Virus record (IMG/VR): IMGVR_UViG_3300013901_000005 | Coordinates: 64,001 to 128,000 of that record | DNA: 64,000 bases | Origin: a virus | Lineage: Duplodnaviria; Caudoviricetes | Reading direction: 5' to 3' (one strand) | Part shown: in pieces, positions 14,301-27,764 of the stretch | Layout of the letters: each line of letters starts with the position of its first letter | How positions within the stretch are numbered: position 1 is the stretch's first letter | The notes under the pieces: model-generated | Told to the model about the DNA's origin: nothing | The model's input: the letters and a program-made list of their open reading frames with translations, nothing else | Databases searched by the model: none | Translations under genes and position numbers: made by a program

Positions 14301-17300
14301 ATGAAAAAATCAGTTACAGAAGGAATGGCTGATTATAAATCTTTTTGGAAATACAAAGAATCTGAATTGCTATAGGGAATATTACGATATAATATAGATA
14401 TTAATACAATAGATTCTTTATAGGAAGGAATAAAGCAATTAAAAAATAGGTCTCATCCAACTGACCAAAACTTAGAAAATAGATGGATTGATAAAGCTGG
14501 TGATATTATATGGGCAAAATATCGCGAAAATGATGGAACTGTATATAATTTAACAAATTAGGATGACCTTAATAATTTAATTAATAGTTTAAGAGCAAAA
14601 TTTAAAACAAATTACGATGTTTCTACAATATTAACATATGATGGTTTTGGATCTTTAGATCTTCATCCTGAATTAAGGAAATACAATAAAATAGCGTATT
14701 TTAATTCGTAGTCATTTATGCTTTCAACAGTAGGTACCTTTGCTGCTCATCCTGGAAAAGGAAAATTTGCAAATGTGCTAGAAGAGGAAGCAGCTAGATT
14801 TAATGCTTAGCACAAAAGGAATGTGTCAATGACAGCAGCAATGCACTCATTCCTTTTAAATACAATAAATGGTGTACCTACAAAATATAATATAGCAATT
14901 ATAGAGGATGTAAATGATTATGCTTCTACAGTACATGGAGAAACATCAAAAATAACTGCATTTGATGGTGCTACATTTGTAAATCCTTTTATGGTAATTT
15001 TGGAAAATAATTCACTAGAAGGAAGTGCAGCTGGTGTTACGAAAAAATAGTTTGTACATTATTATAATAAAGAATATGGTACTGGTGGTATTATAAAAAC
15101 TGCTGGATTTGGTCTTACAAATGACTGGATAAGAAATTCTCCATATCTTTAGAGAATGATGGAAAAAATGACTGATAGGACCTGGCCTAGCATGATTGAT
15201 ATTATGGATAGTCGTTCGTATTATAGGGGTTTGGATCCAAAATCATTGTATAAACCAATATTCTTCAAAAGAGACGGAAAGTATTATACGATTGATTTAA
15301 ATTCTGTTCAAATGGATTCTCCATATCATTATAAATATACTATATGGTAGGTAGCTGAAAATGGAGAACCAATAAATGGAACTGATACAGATGGTGAAAC
15401 AAATATAACGTCAAATTATGATCTATGGAAATTCTTTGGTGGAGAATATTCAATGGAATTAAAAAATGGAATATTAAAATATTCTAATATTTCTGTTGAA
15501 TAGGTTGTTACCGCAATGAATGAAATTGGAACTGTATTAAATCCAAATACAAATACAAATACTGTTCTTACATAGGATGAAGTTTATCAACCATTAAAAC
15601 ATACTGATATTCATTATATTCCAACAAAAGGAGCTGTTAAATTTGGTGGCGCAAATATAAATACTGTTGAAACTTTCGAATCTGATGATTAGCCGTTGTC
15701 AACAACTAAAATAGAAATATTATAGGCTGGTATCTAGCTAGACAAAGAGCATCATGCCGATGATGCAGAAATATCACTTATGACGTAGGTTATTAGTGCT
15801 TGTGCTTCTTTGGGTTATACATATGATGCCGCGTCAAAAGTCTATTAGGCTTTAGCTGCTGCAAATATTAATAATACAAAAGAATATTACCAAGGACTTG
15901 TTTCACTATTTAATGGTGATAATTCACAAATAAAAGAGCTGATTAATAAAACCTTAATTGAAGAACTTGCAAATAGTAAAAGTGATAGTATTGCAAAAAG
16001 TATGGCATTATCATTATAGGAAAAGTTACGGAATGGAGAAGTAAAGATTTCTGATAATTTATTACCTTTAAGTGATAACACAATATATGCAAAACTTTTA
16101 TCTACAATTAATTCTTTCCTTACAAATTCTGGTATAAAATCAAAGATTCCAGGTATCCTTTCCGTTTTAACAACTAGTTTTAAAATAAACAAATTATATG
16201 CTGGAAAGAAATACGAACAATTTGATAATCCAGAACAGGAGTTAGAAATATTACAATAGCAAAAAATAAATAATCCAGAATTTGAAGACAATCTTCGATT
16301 AAAATCAGAAAACGAGACAGACGAAGAATATTATAATTATAGAAAATAGGAAATATTAAAAAACAATCCATTTGCAGGTCTTCGTTTTGGAACCACATAT
16401 ACAGTTAATTTCAAAGATGGTCAAACTATCCAATTAGAATTGGATACAATAGAAAAATATTAGAAATTAAAAAAAGATGTATTTTCTGGAAATGTTAGTA
16501 GCTTTTATGAAAATGTAAAAGTAGGAAGAAATCTAGCACCATATAATTCAAGGTTTGAAATATATGGTGATGGAGAAGAATCAATAAAAGCACAATTATG
16601 GGATATTGATTCAATTAATGATCTAAATAGGATTAACCATGCAATTAAGAAAAATGATATTGAAACAATAAATCAAATAGCACAATATTATTTAAGTGAA
16701 AATACAATTAAAATATTAAATGATGACTAGAAGATTAGATTACTTGTTAAGCGTGTAAATGCAAGACTTTAGCAGGATTTGTTAAATCTTTCTACTAATG
16801 TAAATTAGATTTATGATTAGTTTAAAGAAGCAGTTTAGATATTCCAAAATAAAGAAAATCCAGATATTAAAGATCTCTAGATGCTTTAGGATAAAATATG
16901 TATTTTATTCCGGTTAAACCCAAAAAGCAATCCAATAATTAAAAATGGAGAATTAGATAGAGCGGAATTTAATCGGATAGCACAATAGGCATTAAATACA
17001 CAAAAAGTTTCGATAGGCAGAAAATATTATAATATTAATAAAGATTCTATACAAATAGAACCATATGAAGTTATAATGTCTAAAACGTTCTAGTCTGCTT
17101 TTGGATTAGAAGATGATGTGTAGTTAAGTGATATAGTAAATGATCCATTATTCTTTTTAAAACAATATCAAAAAAATATTTAGGCAAAAGTAGATGATGC
17201 AAATTATGATATTGCATTTAAAATGTTTAATGGTAAGCATGTTTATATTATAAATCGAAATAGAGCAAATTTCCAAGATGCTACACAAATCATTCCAATG

Positions 17301-20300
17301 ACAACGAGAGATGATGAGGGAAATATATGGAGATTGGATTCAAATTACAATAAAATGTATTAGATGAATCCAAATGATATTATATATGAAAAAGATGGCT
17401 AGGGAATTATAGTTACAGATAATATTGATCAATATATCAATAATTTAAATTATGATGTTATATAGTTTTCTAGAGGTATTACCCAAAATTCGGAAAATGC
17501 AATAGAAACTTTACAAAATTATTTGAATTTATTAAAAGAATCAAATAATAATACTGCAAATAATATTTATAATGAATTAAATTACGAACTATATGATAGT
17601 GGTGTATTTAGCGCAAATTATGAGGATTAGTTTTTTGAAAATGTTAACAGAATTAATACTACAGATTTAAGTGATACTACTAGTTTTCTATATAAACGTA
17701 GTTAGGAAAAGTATAATTCGTTCTTAACAGCTTTAAATATTGTAGCAGCTCGTGTTCCAGCATAGTCAATGTAGTCATTCATGGCAATGAAAATAGTTGC
17801 TTTTGAAAACGCGGATGTCAATACAGTATATGTCAATACAATGTAGCTTCTTTTACAAGGTTCAGATTTTGATATTGATACAGTAAATCTTGTTACATAT
17901 GATATTAATAGCAATGGATTAATAGATTTGCCATCACCTTTTGCAAAAATAGATTCATAGGAACATATAATGTAGTCTTTTAGTCTTCCTTTCCCAACTG
18001 GAAGAACAATCTCTCTTGATGAAAAAATAAATTCATCAGATGCGATATATAGTATATTATCAAAATACAGAGGATTATTTACATTGAGTTTCCAGCAAAA
18101 TAAAGATGGATCCCTTAATTTTGAAAATGCAAATATAAATATTAATCCAGAGCAACTTGATTTGTTAGCTGAGTTCTTAAAAGATGGATCTGAATTGAGA
18201 TTGCTTGATGAAAATAATTTGGGAATTTCGTTTGAAAATCAAAATTATAATATTATATTTGGTCAAGACGAACAACAGTTTAATATTAATAATACACATA
18301 ATCTTAATATTATATTAAAAGCGCTTATATTACAAGTAGTTAACAAACATAATTTGTATTTTAACACATTATCTTATAATAAAATAGAAAGAATCGTAAA
18401 TAACTATTCAACAGCAAATATGATTGCAACTATACGGACTCCAATTAACCAATGGTAGGGTCACGTATCAGTAGATGGAACGACAGGCCCAATAAAAGAA
18501 ATTGGAAATCAATCAAATAATTCAAAATTGGTAAAAGAAAGAACCGCTGGTAATTTCTTAAATCAGATTGAAAGTATAACGGATAATTAGATTGGTAAAA
18601 AATGTATTGGTATTTGTGCCGTTGCCCTTAAATCGTTTTTTGCAACTACGCATTATTGCAATACAATATTAAATAATGGGAATTTAAATGAATAGTTTAG
18701 CCTTTATAATAATATTGCATTTACTGACAAAAATGGAAGACAAAACTATTACAAAGTAATTGCAAATATACGTGCTAAAAATGTAAATTCAATAACAAAT
18801 CAAGAATTATTAAGTGCAATTGCAACAGCACAATATAATGAAGAAGATGCAGCAGTATTATTAAGTGCCTTACTTTCTCTTAGTACGGATAATGCAAAAG
18901 AGCTTACACTGGCAAAATTAAATGCTGTTTAGTAGATGATTTCTTTATATTTGTATGGAATATCAATTGGAATACCATTTTCTGATCTTGCAAATACAAT
19001 TATGTCTCCTGCTGGAGATATTGTTATAAAAGCAATGTAGGGAAATATGTTTACTGGAAAAAGTGATTTTATGCGCATTTCTGATCCTGTATTTACTTTT
19101 ATAGAAAGTTGTGAGGACAAGAATTTATTGATGTTCAATAAAAGTTATCTTTCTACTAGTGATCGTATAATACCTGCATATAATAAATTGTTAGAATAGT
19201 TAAGAATAGAATATGATGATTAGCAATTTAAAAATAAATCTCTTGGCAGTATATTAGGTATATTGGTGTATTCTGGTAATAGTCCAAAAGATATAAGTGA
19301 ATTAATTGATAAACAAATTCATATAATATTAAGTAATGCTCCAAAAAATACAAAATAGCTACAATCAGTACAACAATTATATGCTTTAAAAAAACGGGCA
19401 ATGTAGGCAGTAGATAATCTGTATACTCTCGTATAGGATCCGGTATAGTCTAGAAATTATGATAATATAAAAACTCTTACAGAAGGAGCTTCGGAAATTT
19501 ATGTTTTAGGTAGACTATTAGGATTGAATTAGGGTATTAGAACAGAAGGTGCTAGGTATATTAGTTAGTTAAATACATTGAAGTATGCAGTTTATAATAA
19601 AAAAGTTGCTTAGGATCGAAGTCATGACGATATTATTGATATTGAAAAATATTGTGTAGATCCAGAATATAGAGCATAGTGTATTAAAGAATATGAATCT
19701 GTAAAAACTGCAATAAATATTCTTGATGTGCTTAATAAAAGTCCACATTTTAGTTCTTATCTTGCAAATCTAGCAGAAAGTTTAGCGATACATAAGTAGG
19801 GATATAAATTTAGAACTATTTATAATAATGTATTACAATTATCAGAAGAATTTAAAATTCCATAGGATTAGGCTACAAGAGGATTAACAAATCTTATAGG
19901 AGATACAATAATCAACAATTATTTATAGGGAAATAATATATCTGTTGTAATAGATGCTGGAGCAAGATTATTTACATCGGAAGAATCTTCTGTTATTGTT
20001 TAGGCGCCTAGTAAAATAAGACTTGGAAATTCATTGAATAATGCCACTTTTAAAAATTGGGTAGAAACTAATCTTATTGCAGAATTAAAAGAACGGCCTG
20101 AGTTAAAAGATAATAAATTTATTTAGGATTTAGTATATGATTTAAATACTAGGACAATTTCTCATAATCCAGAAAATATAATAACCCTTCCATCGACAAT
20201 GCTTCCAAGAACAGATGCGGAAAGGACTTTGTTTAATGAATATAAATAGGCATTTAATCAGTTATCAATATATACTAAAAATGGAATTCCACTTACAGAT

Positions 20301-21014
20301 ATATTTATTTTATATGGAATGATTGTAAATAAATGGAAACTTTCAGAACGTTCTTTAGTTCCTTTGTTTTAGGATTTTAAAGGCACTGGGCTTATTAATA
20401 AATTTTATAAATACGAAACGGATCTAGATGCCAGTGGCGATTCTTTGGATATAGAAAATATGAATGAAAATTTAAAGGCTGCTTATTTAGCGAAACCAGA
20501 AAGTCCTTATTATTCCAGAGCAAAATACATATGGTATAAAGATCCAGAGTCGAAGTTATATAAATTAATGAAACATGTATTTGTGGACACATCTACATAT
20601 GGAGAAGACTTTTAGGATTTTGATTTTTCAGATTTTGATCTGATGGATACTGATTTTAGCCCAATAGATGAAAACAACCTAGGAAGGGTAATACCAAAAG
20701 ATTGGGAGATAATGTAGGAAATTCCAAATCCAAAGAAATTCCCTACTGGTGATTTGTTTAAAGAAAGTACAATTATTAAGCGTATAAATAATGAAGCTGG
20801 ACTTGGTATTGGAATAGAATATTATAATAATGGAGATATTAAACGTATCCAAAAATTTGAGCGTAAAAATGGTCATTGGGTTGTATCTAAAGAAATTTCT
20901 GATTTATATATTAATAAAAATAAATTATTAATGCGAGATCCTGGAACAAACTAGATAGTACCAAATGAAGAATTAATATAGAATATGATTTAGGAAAATT
21001 CTTGTAAATTATGA
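11400..21014 (+). CDS. Virion RNA polymerase (crAss-type), 3204 aa (TAG=Gln)
   Basis: Frame 3 from ATG 11400 (MITC...) to TGA 21012-21014. Catalytic QGSDFDID (DFDID 17865-17879) is preceded by RVPA(TAG)SM(TAG)S, with TAG at the positions expected for Gln. Also FDGATFVNP motif. Confidence 0.9.
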
Positions 21015-22069
21015 GTTGTATAAATACAAAAACCAGCGAGTACCAGACCCTCGAAAAGAGGGCTGGTAACTCTGCTTTATATCTTGAAGGCTAGAGTTCT
21101 AGATATATGGATAAATATGGAAGGCTCCCATATCTTGATGAAGTTATGGGAGCAGATTCTAGTAAATTTCTAAAAAAAGAATTAAATATTAAAGGAAGAA
21201 GTACAGATATTAAAAATATATTAGATTATACAAAATCAGATAGTATAGAAGAATCAGTAATAAAAATTAATGATTAGTTTAGAGACTAGGAAACACAGAT
21301 TCTTCCGATGAATAAAAAGGCACTTGTCATATAGACAAAAAGGCCAGAGGTTGGATTGGATATTGATGATAATTTAAAATAGATAGACACTGCTTCTTCT
21401 AGTCCACTTATCATGAATAATATGCTATAGAAACTTTCCGATTTATATGGTATTAAATTTCACGAAATATCAAATTAGGAACTTTTATCAGATGAATGGG
21501 CAGATAAAATAGAAAATGGCCATTTAGTCAAAGGATTTGTTTATAATGGGGAAATATATATAAATATAGATAATGCTACAGTAGACACAAAAATTCACGA
21601 ATTAATGCATATATTTGTTGGAGCAATGAGATTTTAGGATCCAAATATATATTAGCAATTAGTAGATTCTGTATAGAGTTTTGAAAATTACGATTATTTG
21701 GTTAGCTAGTTTCATAATCGTACAAGATCAGATATTAATGAGGAGATTTTTGTAGAGGAAGTATCAAAATATATTGCAGGATAGCCTTCAAAAATAAATG
21801 AGTTATCTGAAAAACTAAGGCATGAAATAGAATATAATGTAAATAGAGTGTTAGATTCTTCGCTTATGGGGAGCTATACTGTAAAAGCAATATAGAAAAA
21901 TAGAATTGGAAATTTAACTTTAAAATAGGCTGCAAAAATTACAAATTCTGAATTATGTTAGAACAGAACGGAATAGATAATTGAATTAAAAAATTCTGAA
22001 TTACATAGAAAATTAAATAATATAAAATCAGAATTACTAGAAAATGGATCATTAATAGAATAGTGTTGA
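21011..22069 (+). CDS. Zincin-like metalloprotease domain cargo protein, 352 aa (TAG=Gln)
   Basis: ATGA overlap with the RNAP stop. MSCINTK... HELMH (21596-21610) with a downstream NEE. Ends ...LIE(TAG)C TGA. Confidence 0.82.
21041..21068 (+). promoter_or_regulatory. GC-rich stem-loop in the 5' coding region of the zincin gene
   Basis: TACCAGaCCCTC-GAAAA-GAGGGCTGGTA; 11 bp with one bulge in an AT-rich genome. Function unknown. Confidence 0.45.
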
Positions 22070-22070
22070 T

Positions 22071-25000
22071 ATGGCTTGTGTATATTTATATAAAAATCAT
22101 ATATTTAAAAATGAGAATGAGCTAGATGATTTTATATTAGACTCATTACCTTATGAATCAAAATATGGAGATTTAGTATTTTAGGTTACAAAGGAATAGA
22201 TGCGGGTTATAGATTAGATAGAATAGATTAACACAACAAATAAATAGTTAAAAGAAAAAGCCAAAGAATGGCGTAAAAATAATAAATATATATATGGAGA
22301 GGATGGCGAAATGACTATTTCCGATCCACCCTATATTGGTGTTACCAGTTTCCTTTCTGGTTTAAAAAATTCAAAAGGAGAACTTCTTTTCCCAGAATTT
22401 AGGGAAAAAGAATATTGGGAAAGAGAATTTCAAAATTGGGAAACTGGAAAATTCAGTGATTCCGAAATAGAGGAATTTGGAATTGATAAGGATAATCCAC
22501 CAAAAATAACAGATCGTGTAGAATAGGAAGCGAAAATGAACCAAATGAAAAATAGGTGGAAAAATCAGGCAGAAATAGGTACTGCAATCCATAATGTTTT
22601 TCAAATTATTTTTCAAAAAGATGGTGATAATTATAATTTTACAAAATCAGAAAATGATTTAAAATTATATATATTAAAAAATTTAGAACAAAAAAACAAG
22701 AAATTTATTACAGATAATGTATTAAATAATACAATTAAATACGCATTAGAATTTAAAGATAAATTATAGAAAGAATTAGATGATGAAGATTTACAATTTT
22801 ACACAGAGCTCTAGTTGGCATAGGATGCGGTAAATCCAGAAACTGGTAAAACGTAGACGCTTTTTGGTATTATTGACCTATTGATTGTAGATAGTAAAGG
22901 CAAATGCCATATTCTCGATTATAAAACTTCTGTGCATAATTATGCAGATTTTGGTGCTCCAAAAAAATATGCGTATAGTTATCAGATAGCTACTTACCAG
23001 CGTATGCTAGAAAGATAGGGCATAAACTCATATGAAGGAAAATTATTTATAGCTCCAGTCCATTTATTAGGATTTAAAAAGAATGGAAACGAATATTCAA
23101 TAGATGGAATTGATACAGAATCTGTTCTTATAAATCAAGGGTTAGAAATGTCATAGGAAAAAGTGTTAGAAAATATAGAAGACTTTATGCCAGCACCTTT
23201 TTCAGTAAATGTAGGAACAAAAGATATAAACGAGACTGACTCTAAATTTATGTCTGCATGTTTTAAAGACTATTCTGATTCTAGAGTTGTTGATGAAAAA
23301 TCAACAATAAAATTTCTTAAAGATCGCGGTATTCTTACACCAAATGAAAATGGATTATATAGATTTTATAAACATGATAAAGATTCGGTTATCGAAACAA
23401 ATGATGAGGAATCTTTTATTAAATAGGTTACTACTTATTTTAGAACACTTCCAAAAAAACGTTTAGTACTTACTGGGCAGATAAAAGACGCTCTTAAAAA
23501 GGGAATGAAAGATGGTTATAAATCGATGGATTTACCAAGTATCCGGTATAAAGACAATGCCAAAGACTTGAATTGGCTATAGGATATGCTTAAAATATAT
23601 TGTGATGGAAATTGGGAAGTTGTTGATAAACCAGAAATAGAAGGTTTTGGTCTTATAATGTTAAAAACAAAAGGAGAACCAAAATAGATTGACTTTCTTA
23701 GAGTATGTACAAATAACCTATCTGAAAATTATACTACATATATGCAAAAAGACAATCCATTTCGTTCCAGAACTGGACTAACTGGAGCTTTTTAGACTGA
23801 TATTGAAGCTATTTCAAAAGGCGGAAACATACGTATGCATGATGGATTTAACATATCAGAATCAAAAACACTTATGGCTGAAGCAACATAGGGAAATATA
23901 GAACTTATGGAATCAATGGCAATTATTAATTGCCTTACTGGATTGGAAGGGCATATTATAGGACGTATATAGGCAGTAAATCCTGTATATGGAAATGGTA
24001 TGTCACTTTCAAACGAATAGCTTATGTATTGTTTTTCAGAACTTACAAAACTAGATCCGACACATTCTATAGAAAATAATAAATTTGATACTGGAGAATT
24101 AAAATTAGCCACTAAATACGAAATAGCAAAATAGGATTTCAGACTTATAATGTAGGCAGCAGAAAACCATGATTATAAGGATGAATACGCAGGATTATAG
24201 AAATTTAAATCAGCAATACCAGTATTTTTATAGGATATAGAAGGTAATACACAAAAGAAAATAGAGGCGCTTTAGAAAATTTTGGATAAATTAAATGGAG
24301 ATAGGACAATAGCTTCGAAATTGCAAAGATATTCTACGCATTTTTCTGAAAATAATGAGGCTTACAGACAGTTATATAATGATATATTAATTGCAATAGC
24401 ATAGTTAAAAGGTATTAATTTCAGATAGCAAATTTCCGATAATAGTAAATTTATTGAATCTATAAGAATATGGGAAAACGGTCTTTCCGGAACAAATATA
24501 GACAATCCTGGAAATATGAAGTCCGAAACTTTAAATTCAATACAATAGTTATTAAAAGAGGCATATTAGAACACTAGAAACGAAATGCAGAAATTCAGAG
24601 TAGAAGTAGAGGAAAAATTACATAATTTCAAAAAAGCAAAAGATTTTTCTGCTATTAAATAGAGAGCATTTGGAAATTAGACAAAATTATATACTGATTT
24701 ATATAGGGAAACTAAGAATGGAGATCTATTATTTAAACGTGAAGATGAACTTTAGGATGATGCATCAAAAAGGCTGCTTAGATATGCGCTTGATATTATT
24801 AATCATAATAGATATCCACTTAAATCTGAAAAAGAACTGCAACAAATGAGAGATAATGGAGATTATGATTATTATAAAGTTCCTCTTCTTATAGGAGATA
24901 GATAGTCTAGAATTGCCTTAAAAGGCATAGTATATGGATTTAAAGATTTTTTAAAAATTCTTAATCCACACGAGGCATATCGTAGAACAAGACAAAGGTT

Positions 25001-26858
25001 TGAAGGATTAGGAGAAGACTTTGAAAAAGCCGATAGAGATTCTAGTAAAAACTAGGAATTGTATTTCAAAATGACAAATATGTTTGATGAAGGAGAAGAT
25101 TATGATAGATTAGCAGCAATAACAAGAGCAGGAGGAGTTTAGAATATTGAACGAAATTTAGAGACAATATTGTTTAAACACCAATTAGCATATTCAATTT
25201 AGAGGAATGTAGACTAGGTATTCCCTATTATTAAAGCTGCTACCATTTCACTTACAATGGATGGAAATGTCTAGAATAAATCTTTTGATGATACTCTCGA
25301 ATATATTGAAGAATTTATTAAAAACAAAATACAAAATAAATCAATTGTTAACCCAAAATTCAGAATTGCCGATTAGATATTACGTTCATTTAGAGGGTTT
25401 GCGTCAAAGGCTACATTAGCTTTTGCACCAGTATAGTTGTTTTATTAGCCTTTATAGGGATTATGGTAGAGTATAAGCCTTTTTATAAGAAAGCCAGATG
25501 GATCACACGCTTTTACATTATCTAATTTAACAAAGGCATATAAATTGGCATATTCGGATTTAGGTCATTTCTCAGAAAATCCATCTTTTTGTCAGTTAAT
25601 AAATTAGACTTTTGGATTAAATGATATGGATATAAATGATTATAATAACCGTATTTCGGAAAGTAAACGAGGAATATGGAACTTCGAGTAGCTTATGATG
25701 AAATTTTCACAAAGACCTGATTATTATAATCGTTTGGTTATATTTCTATCATAGATGATGGGTGATGGTTGTATTGATGCTTATTCAGTAGAAAACGGAC
25801 AATTAAAATATGATTGGAAAAAAGATAAACGTTTTAATCTTTTTGCAAATGGAATAAATAAAGGGAGTACAGAATACAACAAATAGAAGGCTTTGTATTA
25901 TGCGATTGCAAAACAATTTGTAAATGAGCATGCAAAAAATGCCGATGGTACTAATTTTGAATTAAATATGGATAATCCAATGGCTCTTCCATCAGCATAT
26001 ACAGTATAGCAGGCAGAAAGCTACAAATCTTTGGCAGATGACATTTATGGTTATTATTCTCATGAAAATAAATCATTGGTATAGTCAACTTTAGTAGGTG
26101 CATTATGGATGCAATTTAAAACTTATTGGTCTGGAAAGAAAAATCAATATTTAGCTCCAGGAGGAATAAAAATGAGAGGAAGTTGGCAACAATATGAAGA
26201 AAATGGCAAAAAATATTATTATCAAGTGGATGGATCTGGTAATATATTATTTGATTAGCCATTAACAACTGACGAAACTTCTGCTCCATATATGATATGG
26301 AAAGGATAGTGGTAGGAAGGAATTGTATTGACAATACATGATTTTGCAAAAAATGCAATATAGAAAAAATCTATAAAAGATGCATGGACTGAGATGTGGA
26401 ATAATGACAATGAGATGCTAAAAAATGTCCATAGAAGTAATATAAAATAGTTAGGATATGACTTATTTATGTTTGCCGTAATGGGTAATATTATTGCTTT
26501 CCTTTTAGGTGGATTATTGGACGACCAAAAGAAAAAAGCAAAAGAATCTAGAAATATACGAGATGGTCTTTTGGCAGCCGCTTTAAATGTTATGGTAATG
26601 TCATCAAAAAGTTCATTTAGCGATCTTAATGCAATGACATCAATTGGAAATCCAGTATTTCAGTGGACACCATTTACATTTGAATGGGGTTAGCAAAAAC
26701 TAAAAACTTTATATAAAGTAGCAATAGGAGATGAAGATTTCCAAGATGGTGTTGTAAATTCATTTGGAGCACTTCGATAGATTAAACCATTATTAGATAC
26801 AGTTAAACCAGAAATGTTTAGAACAGAGCGTGAAGGTGGAACCTTCGATGCAGATTAA
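22071..26858 (+). CDS. Large virion cargo protein, 1595 aa (TAG=Gln), N-terminal PD-(D/E)xK nuclease domain and C-terminal hydrophobic helices
   Basis: MACVYIYK...; motifs GTAIH, GIIDLLIVD, ILDYKTS, YQIATY. C-terminal FMFAVMGNIIAFLLGGLL. TAA 26856-26858. Confidence 0.85.
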
Positions 26859-26865
26859 AAAAAAT

Positions 26866-26907
26866 AAGCCCGACAGCAAAGGATTTTACTCCAATGCTGT
26901 CGGGCTT
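26866..26907. terminator. Bidirectional intrinsic terminator between the convergent late and early/middle modules
   Basis: AAGCCCGACAGCA...TGCTGTCGGGCTT 13-bp stem, with an A-run on the left and a T-rich tract on the right, between convergent stop codons. Confidence 0.85.
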
Positions 26908-26910
26908 TCT

Positions 26911-27192
26911 TTATATTAGTTTTTGTGCTTTAAATTTCTCAATAATAATTGAATAATCATCTGGTTTTATAGAAAAAATATATTCTGAATCTTTTTGCTT
27001 CAAAAGAATAGTTTTACTGAATTCAGATTGACATATATCTATATCATCACATATTTCTGCAGCACATATAATTGCGTTAATACTTATTCCAGTTACATCA
27101 ACTCTTTTTTCTACATTATTTAACAATCCATATAAACCACATTTTAGATATTTCAATCCATTATCAAAATCGTGTGTATACATATTATTCAT
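26911..27192 (-). CDS. Hypothetical protein
   Basis: 93-aa ORF, overlaps the upstream gene end. Confidence 0.65.
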   Translation of the reverse strand: MNNMYTHDFDNGLKYLKCGLYGLLNNVEKRVDVTGISINAIICAAEICDDIDICQSEFSKTILLKQKDSEYIFSIKPDDYSIIIEKFKAQKLI

Positions 27193-27514
27193 AAGTTATA
27201 TAATTTATCATAATTGAATCAATCATATGTACTATTATTTTATCATCCTCAATAGTTAACACATAAAAATTATATCCATATATACATATAATATTATTGT
27301 CTTTTTTAGATATTATAGTAATTGTTTTATCACTTTTTATAATACCATAAACAATATCAAAATTTATGTTTTTTATAGTTACTTCCAAAGGATTATCTGG
27401 ATTTATTGACTTATAAAATAGTATATTGCGAATACCTTTCTGTAATTTACCAATACCATCTTTTATTTCATATGAATATTTATAATCCCTCGTTAAGCTG
27501 TCTAATCCGTTCAT
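27185..27514 (-). CDS. Hypothetical protein
   Basis: 109-aa ORF in operon context; start uncertain. Confidence 0.55.
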   Translation of the reverse strand: MNGLDSLTRDYKYSYEIKDGIGKLQKGIRNILFYKSINPDNPLEVTIKNINFDIVYGIIKSDKTITIISKKDNNIICIYGYNFYVLTIEDDKIIVHMIDSIMINYITYE

Positions 27515-27764
27515 TACAAATATGTATAATTTTATTATAGTCCATAATTCTAGAATCTCTTTCTGGTATTCCAGGTTCTTTTTTTGTCCTTAAAACCCTT
27601 TTAATAATATCTGCATCCCAGGCATTTAGATTATAATCAATCCAAATTGACCATGGTTGGATAATATGTTCAGAATAATTGCTATTACCGATATTACCAT
27701 CCCTAATACCAGTATTATCAATTATTCCAAGCTGTTCAAGCCTTTTTTCAAATTCGTCAATCAT
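27480..27764 (-). CDS. DUF3310-like phage protein
   Basis: NIGNSNYSEHIIQPWSIW...NAWDADIIKRVLR resembles the DUF3310 family. Confidence 0.6.
   Translation of the reverse strand: MIDEFEKRLEQLGIIDNTGIRDGNIGNSNYSEHIIQPWSIWIDYNLNAWDADIIKRVLRTKKEPGIPERDSRIMDYNKIIHICNERIRQLNEGL

Noticed and set aside
1640-26358. Short minus-strand and off-frame ORFs of the track in the late module (e.g. 1640-1855, 13516-13719, 15887-16291, 23792-24112)
   Set aside because: Shadow ORFs of long recoded genes, with no recognisable motifs.
1-26858. Reading the fragmented plus-strand ORFs as pseudogenes or non-coding DNA
   Set aside because: Fragments stay in one frame for kilobases, the interruptions checked are all TAG, and catalytic motifs are intact.
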